Assembly: GCA_002269645.1 (NCBI GenBank)
Contig: NIVC01003629.1
Span: 22,780-86,779, forward strand
Direction: 5' to 3'
From: Macrostomum lignano
Taxonomy: Eukaryota
Length of the DNA stretch: 64,000 nt
The notes under the pieces are model-generated. The model searched no databases, was not told the DNA's origin, and worked only from the letters and a program-made list of their open reading frames with translations. How positions within the stretch are numbered: the stretch's first letter is position 1; each line of letters begins with the position of its first letter. Shown piece after piece: positions 34,191-64,000 of the stretch. The translations under genes and the position numbers were made by a program.

Positions 34191-37044
34191 AATGCAGTTT
34201 TTGATGCAAACAATAATTTTTGCTCTTTTTAGTCCATGATTTTTTCTGCTCTTCTGCTATAGTATATATTTGTTTGTACAGATTGTTGACTATGATGCCA
34301 TGTAATAGAACCCTTTCCACACAATATTCATTTTTTATTATTAAACTTTTTTATTTCTAGTGATATTCTTGTTCAAAATTTTTATTTGACATTTAAAGGT
34401 TTTTAGGCCTATTTGTATTGTTCTAGCCATAAATTCACAATATAGTTTTTATTTGTTTATTTTTCTATGTTGATCTATTACCTATCATTCTTAAATCTAT
34501 TTACTTTGCTTTGCCAACTTTTATTTCTTTTTTCTTTCTCTAGACATATATACTATTGTACTCTACTTTTAGCTATCAATCTATATTTCTTAGAGTTTAT
34601 GACTTATCATATTGTACATATTGACTTTTTATATATATTGTTTTATACACTTGTGCTCTTATTTATTTTTCTCCTTATTGATTTTTCCACCCTGGTATTA
34701 TTTCCTTTAGATATTGATGGGAACTTATAAAAAAACTTTATTCTATTTGCCTTGACAAAAAATGACCAAATTCAAAATATTGCCAATATAACTCAATTAT
34801 GTTGTTTACTATCATTATAAAATTAGCACCTTAGGATGGAGGCTCACTTCTCTCTTTTTTCTTCTTTCTGATTAGGCTTCATTGTGATTAGGCTTAAATA
34901 CAAGACCTATTCAAAAGGAATTAGTAATTAGTTCTAAAGAGATGTTATAAGTATTGCTATCAAAAATAATATATATATGGTCTCGCAAGCAGCGCGGCAT
35001 ACATGCTGTGGTTGGCATGGCCACCACTAATTGTCCTATGCATTGTGCTGGCTATATAATATACACAAATAATTTAATATGCAAGTTGGCTATAATCTAT
35101 CTATTTTGCTTGTCTCTAACTAAGCATTTGCCTAGAAAAAAGTTGAATATAGTTTAAACAATTTTCTAATGTTTAATATTTAATAACTATTCTTTTTAAT
35201 TTTTACTATATTCAATAATTATAAAAGTTAAAGGCATTGATAATAGCTAGCCTAGGGCCCTCACCCTAGGCCTAGTTAAACCAGTTAAATGTATAACAAG
35301 GAATTTTGTATTTATAAAATTAGATAAAAAATAAATTATATTATATATATACAATATGCAGGGTCAAAACATTTTTATAAATAAATTGTTATAAAAAACA
35401 AAGTTTTCTTGTTGAATACTGCAGTTATGTATATACTTAGCTTAGTAGCCAATAGCCAAACATATAGGGCATAGCATAGGCTAGGCTATAGCCCTATTAT
35501 CATTGATAAGGCCCTTATCATAAGGGTATATAGGCCTACCTAAGCATGCCCTAAGATTGCAACTTGCAAGTCTTATGACATTAACACTATATATTAATTT
35601 GTTTGCTTAGGCCTAATTTCTTCATCCAATTCAATCAAACATCAATATAGGCCCTAGGCCATAAACGTGGTAGTGGTAGGGCCTGGCCTGGCTAGGCCTA
35701 GCCTAGCTATAGTCAAACTCAGATAATGGCTAGACTGATATGAAAATATAATGATAGGCCCCAGGGAGGGAGGAAAGGCCCCTTCAGCCGTGGCAAAATA
35801 TATGTATATTTGGCCTGTAATATATGTATATTTGGCAAAAATTGGGCTGTACATTTGGCCTGTAACTGTCTGTAACTAACTATGCAAGGTCTATTTTCTA
35901 AAATTGGGTTGTAACTTGCTCGATATAACTTGGCACTTCTCTCAAACAATTTCTTGGTCCGCCCTTGGTCAAAATCGAAGCTTGTCATGCCATGTGCTTT
36001 GTGCTTGTGCTTTTTCCTTGTTTTGGGTAGCGTTTTGACATTGTTCATGGTTTTTCGCGGAAAAAATCATTTTTGAATTTGTTGACATTTAAAACTAAAC
36101 TAAACTGTTTAGACGTTTAGAAATTAGTTATTTTTGTAATTTTAAAAATAAAAAGTAAAATTTATATTTTAGCATAGTAAAATATATTAATTAATAAATT
36201 TTTTCATGCGTGATAAATATTTCGCGCTTATTTAGTTTCATACTTTCCATAAATCATGAATCTTAAGCTCAAGGATTTCATATAATTTCATTTTAGACAC
36301 TCAGTCTAGACAAAGAGAGACAGAAACTGTATATTCGTTGATAGTTAAATTGTTCAGGTGCCTATTTTCTTTATTTAATGTTTCAATTAATGCATCTGAA
36401 TTTCCTGAGTTTGATTTTATTTCTATCTTTAAAGAAGAATCATCAAAGGCAGCAAGGCTGAAAAAATAATATGTTCAGTCATTTGATGATTTGATGGCTA
36501 GCAAGGAATAAAGCTTAGCACCACGCAAAAGTACAGAAGAAAGCTAGAGTTAAAAGGTTATTGGAGATATACAATAATACTAAATAGGCCTAGTCAAATA
36601 GAATAATTATATTTTGGTTATCTAATTCAATTTCTATCATATTGGAATATTGTGTTGGTAATATTTTGTAGTGGATCAAGTTGCCTAGTTTAATGTGTGG
36701 AATGCGCTGACATTTTTTGTCTTAGCTACACATTTTAAAGGCAGTTTTCTTAAAATTTTAGATAAAATTATACAATGATAGCTATAATGATAGTAAAAAT
36801 TGAGATTAATAAGTATGTTTCTTAAGCTATATATAAGCATTGTTTGTAAATTATGCTGCTTAAAAATAGCACTGTTTTAATTTAGGTAAGTAAAAGTGTT
36901 TTTTATAAAAAAATTGAATAGGCGAGTTTTTAAAGACATTTTTATAGGTATTATAGTCTTTATATGTTTGTTATAAAGATATTCTATGGTTTAGGAATCA
37001 AATTGTATTCTAATTATAATTTAATTTTGTAATTCTTTTTTCAG

Positions 37045-40000
37045 GCACTGCAAGCTTACCTCTCACAGTGTCGAGCTATTCTAGCTCGCTCCCTCACACC
37101 AACAGCCAATGGAGTGACCACTGTTGTCATGGGCAATGAGGCATGTGATCTGGACTCTGCTGTCTGCGCACTATCCCTAGCTTACTGCCTAGATGCCGAT
37201 CCATCAATGTCGCCAGCAATTCCACTGTTAAATGTTCGCCGCAAAGAGCTGCCCCTTCGCCCCGACATTTTGGTTGCCCTTGGCAACTGGTTGGGATTGC
37301 CTGAGGCACCAGAAACTTTGCTGCCCTGTCGAGATGATGCCAAGGATGTTGAGCTGTTCCAAGCGGTTCGAGATGGTAGAATCAGGCTAGCGCTGGTGGA
37401 TCACAATGTGCTGCGAGGCAAGGATGCAGCACTGGCGTCTGGAGTCTTTATGGTAGGAAGATATTCCTATTTGGGTTGTTAATTTGAGGCTTGTTAAATA
37501 ACTATGCATAGTGAATTCGTTACTGGCCTAACATTAGTTATTCCCACTGTCCCAACTCCCAAGTCCTCCAGTGTCTTAGCAACTCCAGTTATTCCTCCGT
37601 TCACCCACCCACTGTCCCAAGCCCTCTACAGTGTCTTAGCAACTCCAGTTATTCCTCCGTTCACCCACCCACTGTCCCAAGCCCTCTACAGTGTCTTAGC
37701 AACTCCAGTTATTCCTCCGTTCACCCACCCACTGTCCCAAGCCCTCTACAGTGTCTTAGCAACTCCAGTTATTCCTCCTTTCACCCACCCACTGTCCCAA
37801 GCCCTCTACAGTGTCTTAGCAACTCCAGTTATTCCTCCTTTCACCCACCCACTGTCCCAAGCCCTCTACAGTGTCTTAGCAACTCCAGTTATTCCTCCGT
37901 TCACCCACCCACTGTCCCAAGCCCTCTACAGTGTCTTAGCAACTCCAGTTATTCCTCCGTTCACCCACCCACTGTCCCAAGCCCTCTACAGTGTCTTAGC
38001 AACTCCAGTTATTCCTCCGTTCACCCACCCACTGTCCCAAGCCCTCTACAGTGTCTTAGCAACTCCAGTTATTCCTCCTTTCACCCACCCACTGTCCCAA
38101 GCCCTCTACAGTGTCTTAGCAACTCCAGTTATTCCTCCGTTCACCCACCCACTGTCCCAAGCCCTCTACAGTGTCTTAGCAACTCCAGTTATTCCTCCTT
38201 TCACCCACCCACTGTCCCAAGCCCTCTACAGTGTCTTAGCAACTCCAGTTATTCCTCCGTTCACCCACCCACTGTCCCAAGCCCTCTACAGTGTCTTAGC
38301 AACTCCAGTTATTCCTCCGTTCACCCACCCACTGTCCCAAGCCCTCTACAGTGTCTTAGCAACTCCAGTTATTCCTCCTTTCACCCACCCACTGTCCCAA
38401 GCCCTCTACAGTGTCTTAGCAACTCCAGTTATTCCTCCTTTCACCCACCCACTGTCCCAAGCCCTCTACAGTGTCTTAGCAACTCCAGTTATTCCTCCTT
38501 TCACCCACCCACTGTCCCAAGCCCTCTACAGTGTCTTAGCAACTCCAGTTATTCCTCCTTTCACCCACCCACTGTCCCAAGCCCTCTACAGTGTCTTAGC
38601 AACTCCAGTTATTCCTCCTTTCACCCACCCACTGTCCCAAGCCCTCTACAGTGTCTTAGCAACTCCAGTTATTCCTCCGTTCACCCACCCACTGTCCCAA
38701 GCCCTCTACAGTGTCTTAGCAACTCCAGTTATTCCTCCGTTCACCCACCCAGGTGATCGACCACCACGTCAAAGAAGGAATCTGGACTTCAAAAGTGGAC
38801 ACTACAATTGAACTAGTTGGCTCCTGCAGCAGTCTTGTTGCCATACGCTTGCTTAACAACGACAGCGTCATTAGTAACCGATTGAAAACTACGCCGGGTC
38901 TGGCTCGCGCACTACGGGGCGCGATATTATTGGACACGGCGAATATGCTGCCAGCGGCTGGGAAGGCTAAGCCTCAAGATGAAGCTGCTTTAAACCTGTT
39001 GGAGAGTCTGGATAGCAAAGCTTGCGGCGGTGATCAGTCAACTCGGGCGGCAGACTATGCCGCACTGTTGAGCGCTCGACGCGACCTGTCTCGATTCGCT
39101 GGCGTGGACCATCTCAGACGCGACGTTAAAACTGTCTGCGGTGGAGACGGAGGTTCTGTTGGTGAGCTGCTTGTGATAGAAATAAAATCTAGATCCAATC
39201 TTAGATCCGATCTTAGATCCGATCTAGATCAAATCTAGATACAATCTAAGATCCAATCTTAGATCCGATCTAGATCAAATCTAGATCCAATCTTAGATCC
39301 AATCTAGATCCAATCTAGATCCAATTTTAGATCCGATCTAGATCCAATCTAGATCCAATCTTAGATCCAATCTAGATCCAATCTAGATCCAATTTTAGAT
39401 CCGAACTAGATCCAATCTAGATCCAATCTTAGATCCAATCTAGATCCAATCTTAGATCCAATCTAGATCCAATCTTAGATCCAATCTAGATCCAATCTTA
39501 GATCCAATCTTAGATCCGATCTAGATCCAATCTTAGATCCAATCTAGATCCAATCTTAGATCCAATCTTAGATCCGATCTAGATCCAATCTTAGATCCAA
39601 TCTTAGATCCAATCTAGATCCAATCTTAGATCCAATCTTAGATCCGATCTAGATCCAATCTTAGATCCAATCTTAGATCCAATCTTAGATCCAATCTAGA
39701 TCCAATCTTATATCCAATCTTAGATCCAATCTTAGATCCAATCTTAGATCCAATCTTAGATCCAATCTAGATCCAATCTTAGATCCAATCTAGATCCAAT
39801 CTTAGATCCAATCTTAGATCCAATCTTAGATCCAATCTTATATTCAATCTAGATCCAATCTTAGATCCAATCTAGATCCGATCTTAGATCCAATCTTAGA
39901 TCCAATCTTAGATCCGATCTAGATCCAATCTTAGATCCAATCTTAGATCCAATCTAGATCCAATCTTAGATCCAATCTAAGATATAAGAATAATAATCAA

Positions 40001-41270
40001 ATCTAGATCCAATCTAGATCCAATCTTAGATCCAATCTATCTAGATCCAATCTATCTAGATCCAATCTATCTAGATCCAATCTATCTAGATCCAATCTAG
40101 ATCCAATCCTGATCCAATCTAGATCCAATCCTGATCCAATCTTAGATCCAATCTAAGATATAAGAATAATAATCCAATCTAGATCCAATCTAGACACAAT
40201 CTTAGATCCAATCCTGATCCAATCTTAGATCCACTCTAAGATATAAGAATAATAATCCAATCTAGATCCAATCTAGATCCAATCTAAGATCCAATCTTAG
40301 ATCCAATCTTGTCTAGATCCAATCTTGACACAATCTTAGATCCAATCTTGTCTAGATCCAATCTTGACACAATCTTAGATCCAATCTAGAATCCAATCTA
40401 GACTCAATCTTAGATCCAATCTAGACCCAATCTAGATACAATTTAGATCCAATCCTGATCCAATCTAGATCCAATCTAGACTCAATCTTAGATCCAATCT
40501 AGACCCAATCTAGATACAATTTAGATCCAATCCTGATCCAATCTAGATCCAATCTAGACTCAATCTTAGATCTAATCTAGACATAATCTTAGATCCGATC
40601 TAGACCAAATCTTAGATCCTGTCTAAATACAATCTAGATCCAATCTAGGAAACTAAAACGCTCCACAGACTGAAAGCCTCAACCAATTTTTATCGCGTTT
40701 TCAACAACAAATTTTAAATCATACGTTACTAAACACAAAGAAATAAATGAAATCCTACGCGTATATTGCTTGCTACTCGCTAGGTTTTAAAGTAGAATGT
40801 CGCGTATTTTACAACCTATTTAAATAATGTAACTGAAAACAAAATTAATTTTCAAAAAAAAATCTGCAGTAGTCGGCTTGGCGTCCTTAGCAACCTCGGT
40901 CGCAGAATTTCTTCGCCGTTCGGACGCCGCCAAGGCTATTGAAGAATTCTCTGCTGAGGCCAACTGTTCAATACTGCTGCTGCTGGGCATTGAGGTTCTT
41001 CAACAATCGAATGACGCTCCACCAGATGGAGCCGTTGATATTCGACGCGATTTGGCTATTGTGTGTACTCGACCAGCTTGTCAGTTGATGACTGAGAAAC
41101 TCGTCCAATACCTGCTGTGTGAGCACCAGGATCCAGATTTGCAGCTGGAAGAGCTGACTATAGATTGCTTTCAATCTGGTCGGCTGTTTACTCAGCACAA
41201 TTTAAAGGCGTCGCGAAAGCAGATTCTGCCAGCTGTGTTGCAGTTTCTGAATAGTATTAAAGAGAAGTGA
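37045..41270 (+). CDS. PRUNE1: PRUNE-like exopolyphosphatase (DHH family); first exon not located
   Basis: Exons 37045-37452, 38753-39161, 40870-41270. Motifs VVMGNEACDLDSAV, LVDHN, VIDHH, VGSCSSLV, GAILLDTANM, RRDVK, ASRKQILP. Phases 0/1 consistent. Confidence 0.88.
37545..38752. repeat. 60-bp near-perfect minisatellite (~20 copies) ending at a PRUNE splice acceptor
   Basis: Exact 60-nt periodicity; the last unit ends CACCCACCCAG|GTGATC. Confidence 0.97.
39186..40650. repeat. (TAGATCCAATCT)n degenerate 10-12-bp repeat in a PRUNE intron
   Basis: Direct inspection. Confidence 0.95.
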
Positions 41271-41494
41271 ATCTTTCTAACATCAGCAACATACCCGGTA
41301 TCTTCGTACTTTGTTGAAGTTTAATTGACAACTCGATAATAAAATGTGTTCCTTTACAGCACCCGAATTGGGACTTACTTTTAACCTGAACCCTGTAAGA
41401 CATTAAAATTGTTCTTCAGAGTGCTTTCTTTGTATTTTTAATGGTAATTGACGTTTTGTGGAGAAATTTGCGAACTTCTTAGATAAAATAGGAC

Positions 41495-41905
<411 letters not shown>

Positions 41906-42435
41906 CGGGCAGACAAAGGAGAAGTATTTATGCTGAATTATATGTTGAAAACAACCAAAAAGCCAAACGTAATTAACAATAGCTGGTAATTGTAGAAAGA
42001 GAGAGAGGGGGGAGAGTTCCCTTAGATCTCTAACCCTATGCAGCTCTACCGACAGCTCTTGTATTAACCAGCCAATGGCAGAGCAGCAGGGAAGGCAAGT
42101 CCTCCACAAAGCTACACGAGCCCTCATCGCCGACTCTACAATCCAAAGCAACCAGCCAATCCATGGCTCTATTCGCTTCAATTCACTCTCTAAAAAGGTC
42201 GGAAATCGGGATTGTGTTTTTAAGCCCCAAAAATAGGGCGACAGAAATCTCGTGGCGTGAGCGCGTGTACGTGTGTGTTCGGGCCTCTCTCTGTCTCTTA
42301 CAGCTGCAAGGGCATGTAGTATTTTTGCCCCGGCTGTCGCGTTTAAAGAGAGCGCGCATAACTTGTGCCTGAAGCATTGCGTCGTTGAATAGCATATATT
42401 AAGCCGCTTTGCTTTAATGTAAACTTTCATCGGAC

Positions 42436-60910
<18,475 letters not shown>

Positions 60911-60913
60911 GTT

Positions 60914-61059
60914 TCTGTCTGTCTGTCTGTCTGCCTGTCTGTCTGTCTGTCTGTCTGTCTCTGTCTGTCTGTCTGTCTGCCTGTCTGTCTGTCTGTCTGT
61001 CTGTCTGTCTGCCTGCCTGCCTGTCTGTCTGTCTGTCTCTGTCGGTCTGTCTCTGTCTA

Positions 61060-61105
<46 letters not shown>

Positions 61106-61185
61106 CGCCTGTGTGTCTGTCTCTGTCTGTCTGTCTGTCCGTCTTTCTTAGTTTTGTCTGGCTGTCCGTTTGTCTGTCTGTCTTT
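60914..61185. repeat. (CTGT)n microsatellite
   Basis: Direct inspection. Confidence 0.93.
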
Positions 61186-61880
61186 ATGTTTATTGTCTCT
61201 CAGCCAGTGCCGTTTTATTTTCAATTGACTTCGTTTTGATCTATGAGACTTAGGTATGGATGTTCTCAGCGCATCGTCATGCTTTTTGAAGTTTCAATCT
61301 TTATTCATAAGTCGTTCTCTTAATCAGCTTAAGCTCGATGCACTCATTATATATGACAAAATTTTGCAACCAGCTTTGTAAAAACAGTCATATCATACTA
61401 CTGATATGCAGGTCTTTGTGATTTTAACACAAATTGTTTTTGATTTGCACATGGATTCTGGCGTAGAGGAGTTCAAGTTTTGCTAAAGAAGCTCTCGTAG
61501 CTCATGTAGAAATGTAGAATCACACCAGAAGGTCATATTCTAATTCTATTGCATATATTCTTTGTTAAAACTATATTAAAACAAAGGTTTATAAAAATGT
61601 ATGACTGCTATCACATGTAAATATAAAAATAAAACAAAAGCAGTATGTTCAACGTAATGCAACCTGTTTTACTTGTTAGCAATGACCTTAAAAGATAATA
61701 TTTTGATGGTATATTTGCGTCTAATTGAGTATTGATAAAAATTTTTCGAAAAACCTAAAATTTTAATTTAACAAAATCGTAATATATAAAAGTTTTATAA
61801 ACTATATAAACTAATAATTAAGTGCGCTATGTTGTTTAAATAGAAATTTGTTTCTTGGCTAGTTGTAAACAAATCGTCCT

Positions 61881-62748
61881 TCAAGCAAACTGGCTCAGGC
61901 TGGACAGGATCCGATAGGCCATGGAAGCGTTGACCGATAATCCGACAAAGAAGGTCAGAGCGCGCGAGACGGCTGCGGCAGAGCCAGCTGTAGGAGATGG
62001 TGTGGGCGATCCTACTGGCGGCAAAGATTCGAAAGTGCCAGAGCGCGGTGCCAGCTGCCGGCCAGTTAGGAGGTACAGGCCTCCCAGCAGTACAAACGGC
62101 AGCACATTCTCCAAATCGTTCAGATGATTGCGACGAACTCGTTCAACAGTTTCATTGTTGAACACGACAGGTTTGCGTACTGTGGCGGCGTCCTCGGGGT
62201 TGGCGTAGATCTTGGTGTGGGTTGGTTTTATTGAAGGTATTTAGTATAGTCACGTGATCCGGTATAAGTATGCTGTTCTTATTGGCTAGCAGGCTTGTCA
62301 CGTGACCTGATTCATTGTCTATTCAAATCTTTGTTTTTATTGCATCAGACTTGTCACGTGACCATATTCTTTGTCGATTTGAATCTGTTCTTTTTTGCTA
62401 GCAGGCCTGTTACGTGACCATATTCTTTTTCTATTTGAATCGGTTCTTATTGGCTAGAAGCTTGTCACGTGACCTTATTCATTGTCTGTCTGAATCTGTT
62501 TTATTGCAGCTATAGCTGGCTTGGCAACTACACCTATCGATATAGTTCGAGTAGTATTTTGTCATGAATGCAGACCAAGTCACGTGAATAAATCAACAGT
62601 AAAACATTATTTGCTATACCCAAACTTACACTATTTTTAATCCTTTTAAAAGCAGTGAGCAGCGACATGGCCATAGTCTTGGACAGAACCACGGCGGAAT
62701 AGAAGCGAACGAGCCCAACAAACTGTCCGGGATGTTGATCGACACCAT
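61881..62748 (-). CDS. MGST1: Microsomal glutathione S-transferase 1-like (MAPEG); exons 62630-62748 and 61881-62210; three apparent 1-bp deletions
   Basis: YSAVVLSKTMAMSLLTAFKR | IYANPED...VERVRRNHLNDLENVLPF...ALWHFRIF...RIAHTISY...LPQPSRALTFFVG across shifted frames. Confidence 0.82.
62245..62590. repeat. ~56-bp degenerate repeat carrying GTCACGTGAC palindromes in the MGST1 intron
   Basis: Motifs at ~62249, 62297, 62353, 62409 (variant), 62464, 62579. Confidence 0.75.
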
Positions 62749-63269
62749 CTTTGAATTTTTAGCTGCTTCGGTTGAGTTTCGAACTTTCGAGCTTAAAAAA
62801 TAGATTGAAATAGTCAAATCGTTTAAACAAACTTGTTTAGAATTTTAGAGAATTAAATACTTTGAGGCAATTACAAACTAAAGATTTGGTTGCTACAGGC
62901 AATTCAGATAAGATTAAGTAAAATGTATTCAATATAAGTTTTCATTTCAATACCAAACAGCACTGACTCACTGGCTTGAGCAAGTTGCCTCTTAAGATTT
63001 AGTGTCAGCGCTAGTCCTAGACGAGTATATGCATATAGATAACAGTTTGTAAAGCCAAATCAGTTCAGCAGTTTACTTAAACGAATAAATACGTTTAAAA
63101 ACGATTCTTACAAAAGATCAATTAGAGATCAAAAGATCTAAATTCAAGCGTGTTAAAATTACCCCTTAATTAATATGGACTACATTACTATAGCACTATA
63201 AGGATACAAAGGATTATGCCATCTTACTAATCTTTATAGGGATTTTAATTGAGATCTCTTAGGAATCTC

Positions 63270-63990
63270 CATTGGGATCACTGAGATTCTTAATTTGGAT
63301 CACTGGGATTCTCAGTAAGGGCTTTGGGATTCTCAATTGGATCCTGGGATTCTCGATTGGGATCTCTGGATTCTCAGTGGAGATCTCTGGGATCTCAATT
63401 GGGATCTCTGGGATTCTCGATTGGGATCTCTGGGATTCTCAGTGGGATCTCTGGGATTCTCGATTGGGATCTCTGGGATTCTCAATTGGGATCTCTGGGA
63501 TTCTCAGTGGGATCTTTGGGATTTTCGACCGGGGTCTCTGGGATTCTCAATTGGGATCTCTGGATTCTCGATTGGGATCTCTGGGATTCTCAGTGGAGAT
63601 CTCTGGGATTCTCAATTGGGATCTCTGGGATTCTCGATTGGATCTCTGGGATTCTCAGTGGAGATCTCTGGGATTCTCAATTGGGATCTCTGGGATTCTC
63701 GATTGGGATCTCTGGGATTCTCAATTGGGATCTCTGGGATTCTCGATTGAGATCTCTGGGATTCTCGATTGGATCTCTGGGATTCTCGATTGGGATCTCT
63801 GGGTTCTCAACTGTATCTCTGGAATTTAAATTGGGATCATGATTCTCAATCATTATCGATCATTATCGATCATTATCTCTGGGATTCTCAATTGGGATCT
63901 CTGGGATCTCGATTGGGATCTCTGGATTCTCAATTGGATCTCTGGGATTCTCACTTGAGATCTCTGGATTCTAAACTGGGATCTCTTGGA
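63270..63990. repeat. ~22-bp minisatellite (GGGATCTCTGGGATTCTCAATT)n
   Basis: Direct inspection. Confidence 0.93.
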
Positions 63991-64000
63991 TTATAAATCG

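Noticed and set aside
34745-34930. Possible decayed hammerhead at the 3' end of the 32-34 kb element
   Set aside because: No intact CUGANGA/GAAA core; resemblance is only suggestive.
37504-38811. 435-aa repeat ORF
   Set aside because: 60-bp intronic minisatellite, out of frame with the PRUNE exon.
63272-63996. WDL/GIS-rich ORFs
   Set aside because: 22-bp minisatellite.

Overview
Eukaryotic (invertebrate) genomic DNA with spliceosomal introns, CAG/CTG-rich exons and many introns packed with mini/microsatellites. It resembles the flatworm Macrostomum, but that is inference and is not verified. Hand-built gene models: (1) a ninein/NINL-like EF-hand coiled-coil gene on the minus strand (22541 to beyond position 1) that carries 20 phase-0 exons encoding about 27 copies of an unrecognised ~50-aa helical module; (2) a PARP-family gene with PBZ finger, H-Y-E catalytic motifs and a BRCT-like tail (minus); (3) a C19orf53/UPF0390-like small gene (minus); (4) a PRUNE-like DHH exopolyphosphatase (plus); (5) a SYK/ZAP70-like tandem-SH2 gene with pseudokinase substitutions and a 14-kb intron (plus); (6) an MGST1-like gene (minus). 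Mobile DNA: an intact-looking Penelope-like element (RT + GIY-YIG) with a minimal hammerhead ribozyme, flanked by (GAGAGAGT)n; a decayed Penelope-like element interrupted by a 5'-truncated LINE with a target-site duplication; and a tRNA-derived CORE-type SINE. Most long ORFs in the supplied track are artefacts of tandem repeats or antisense shadows. All coordinates were read by hand; repeat boundaries are approximate.
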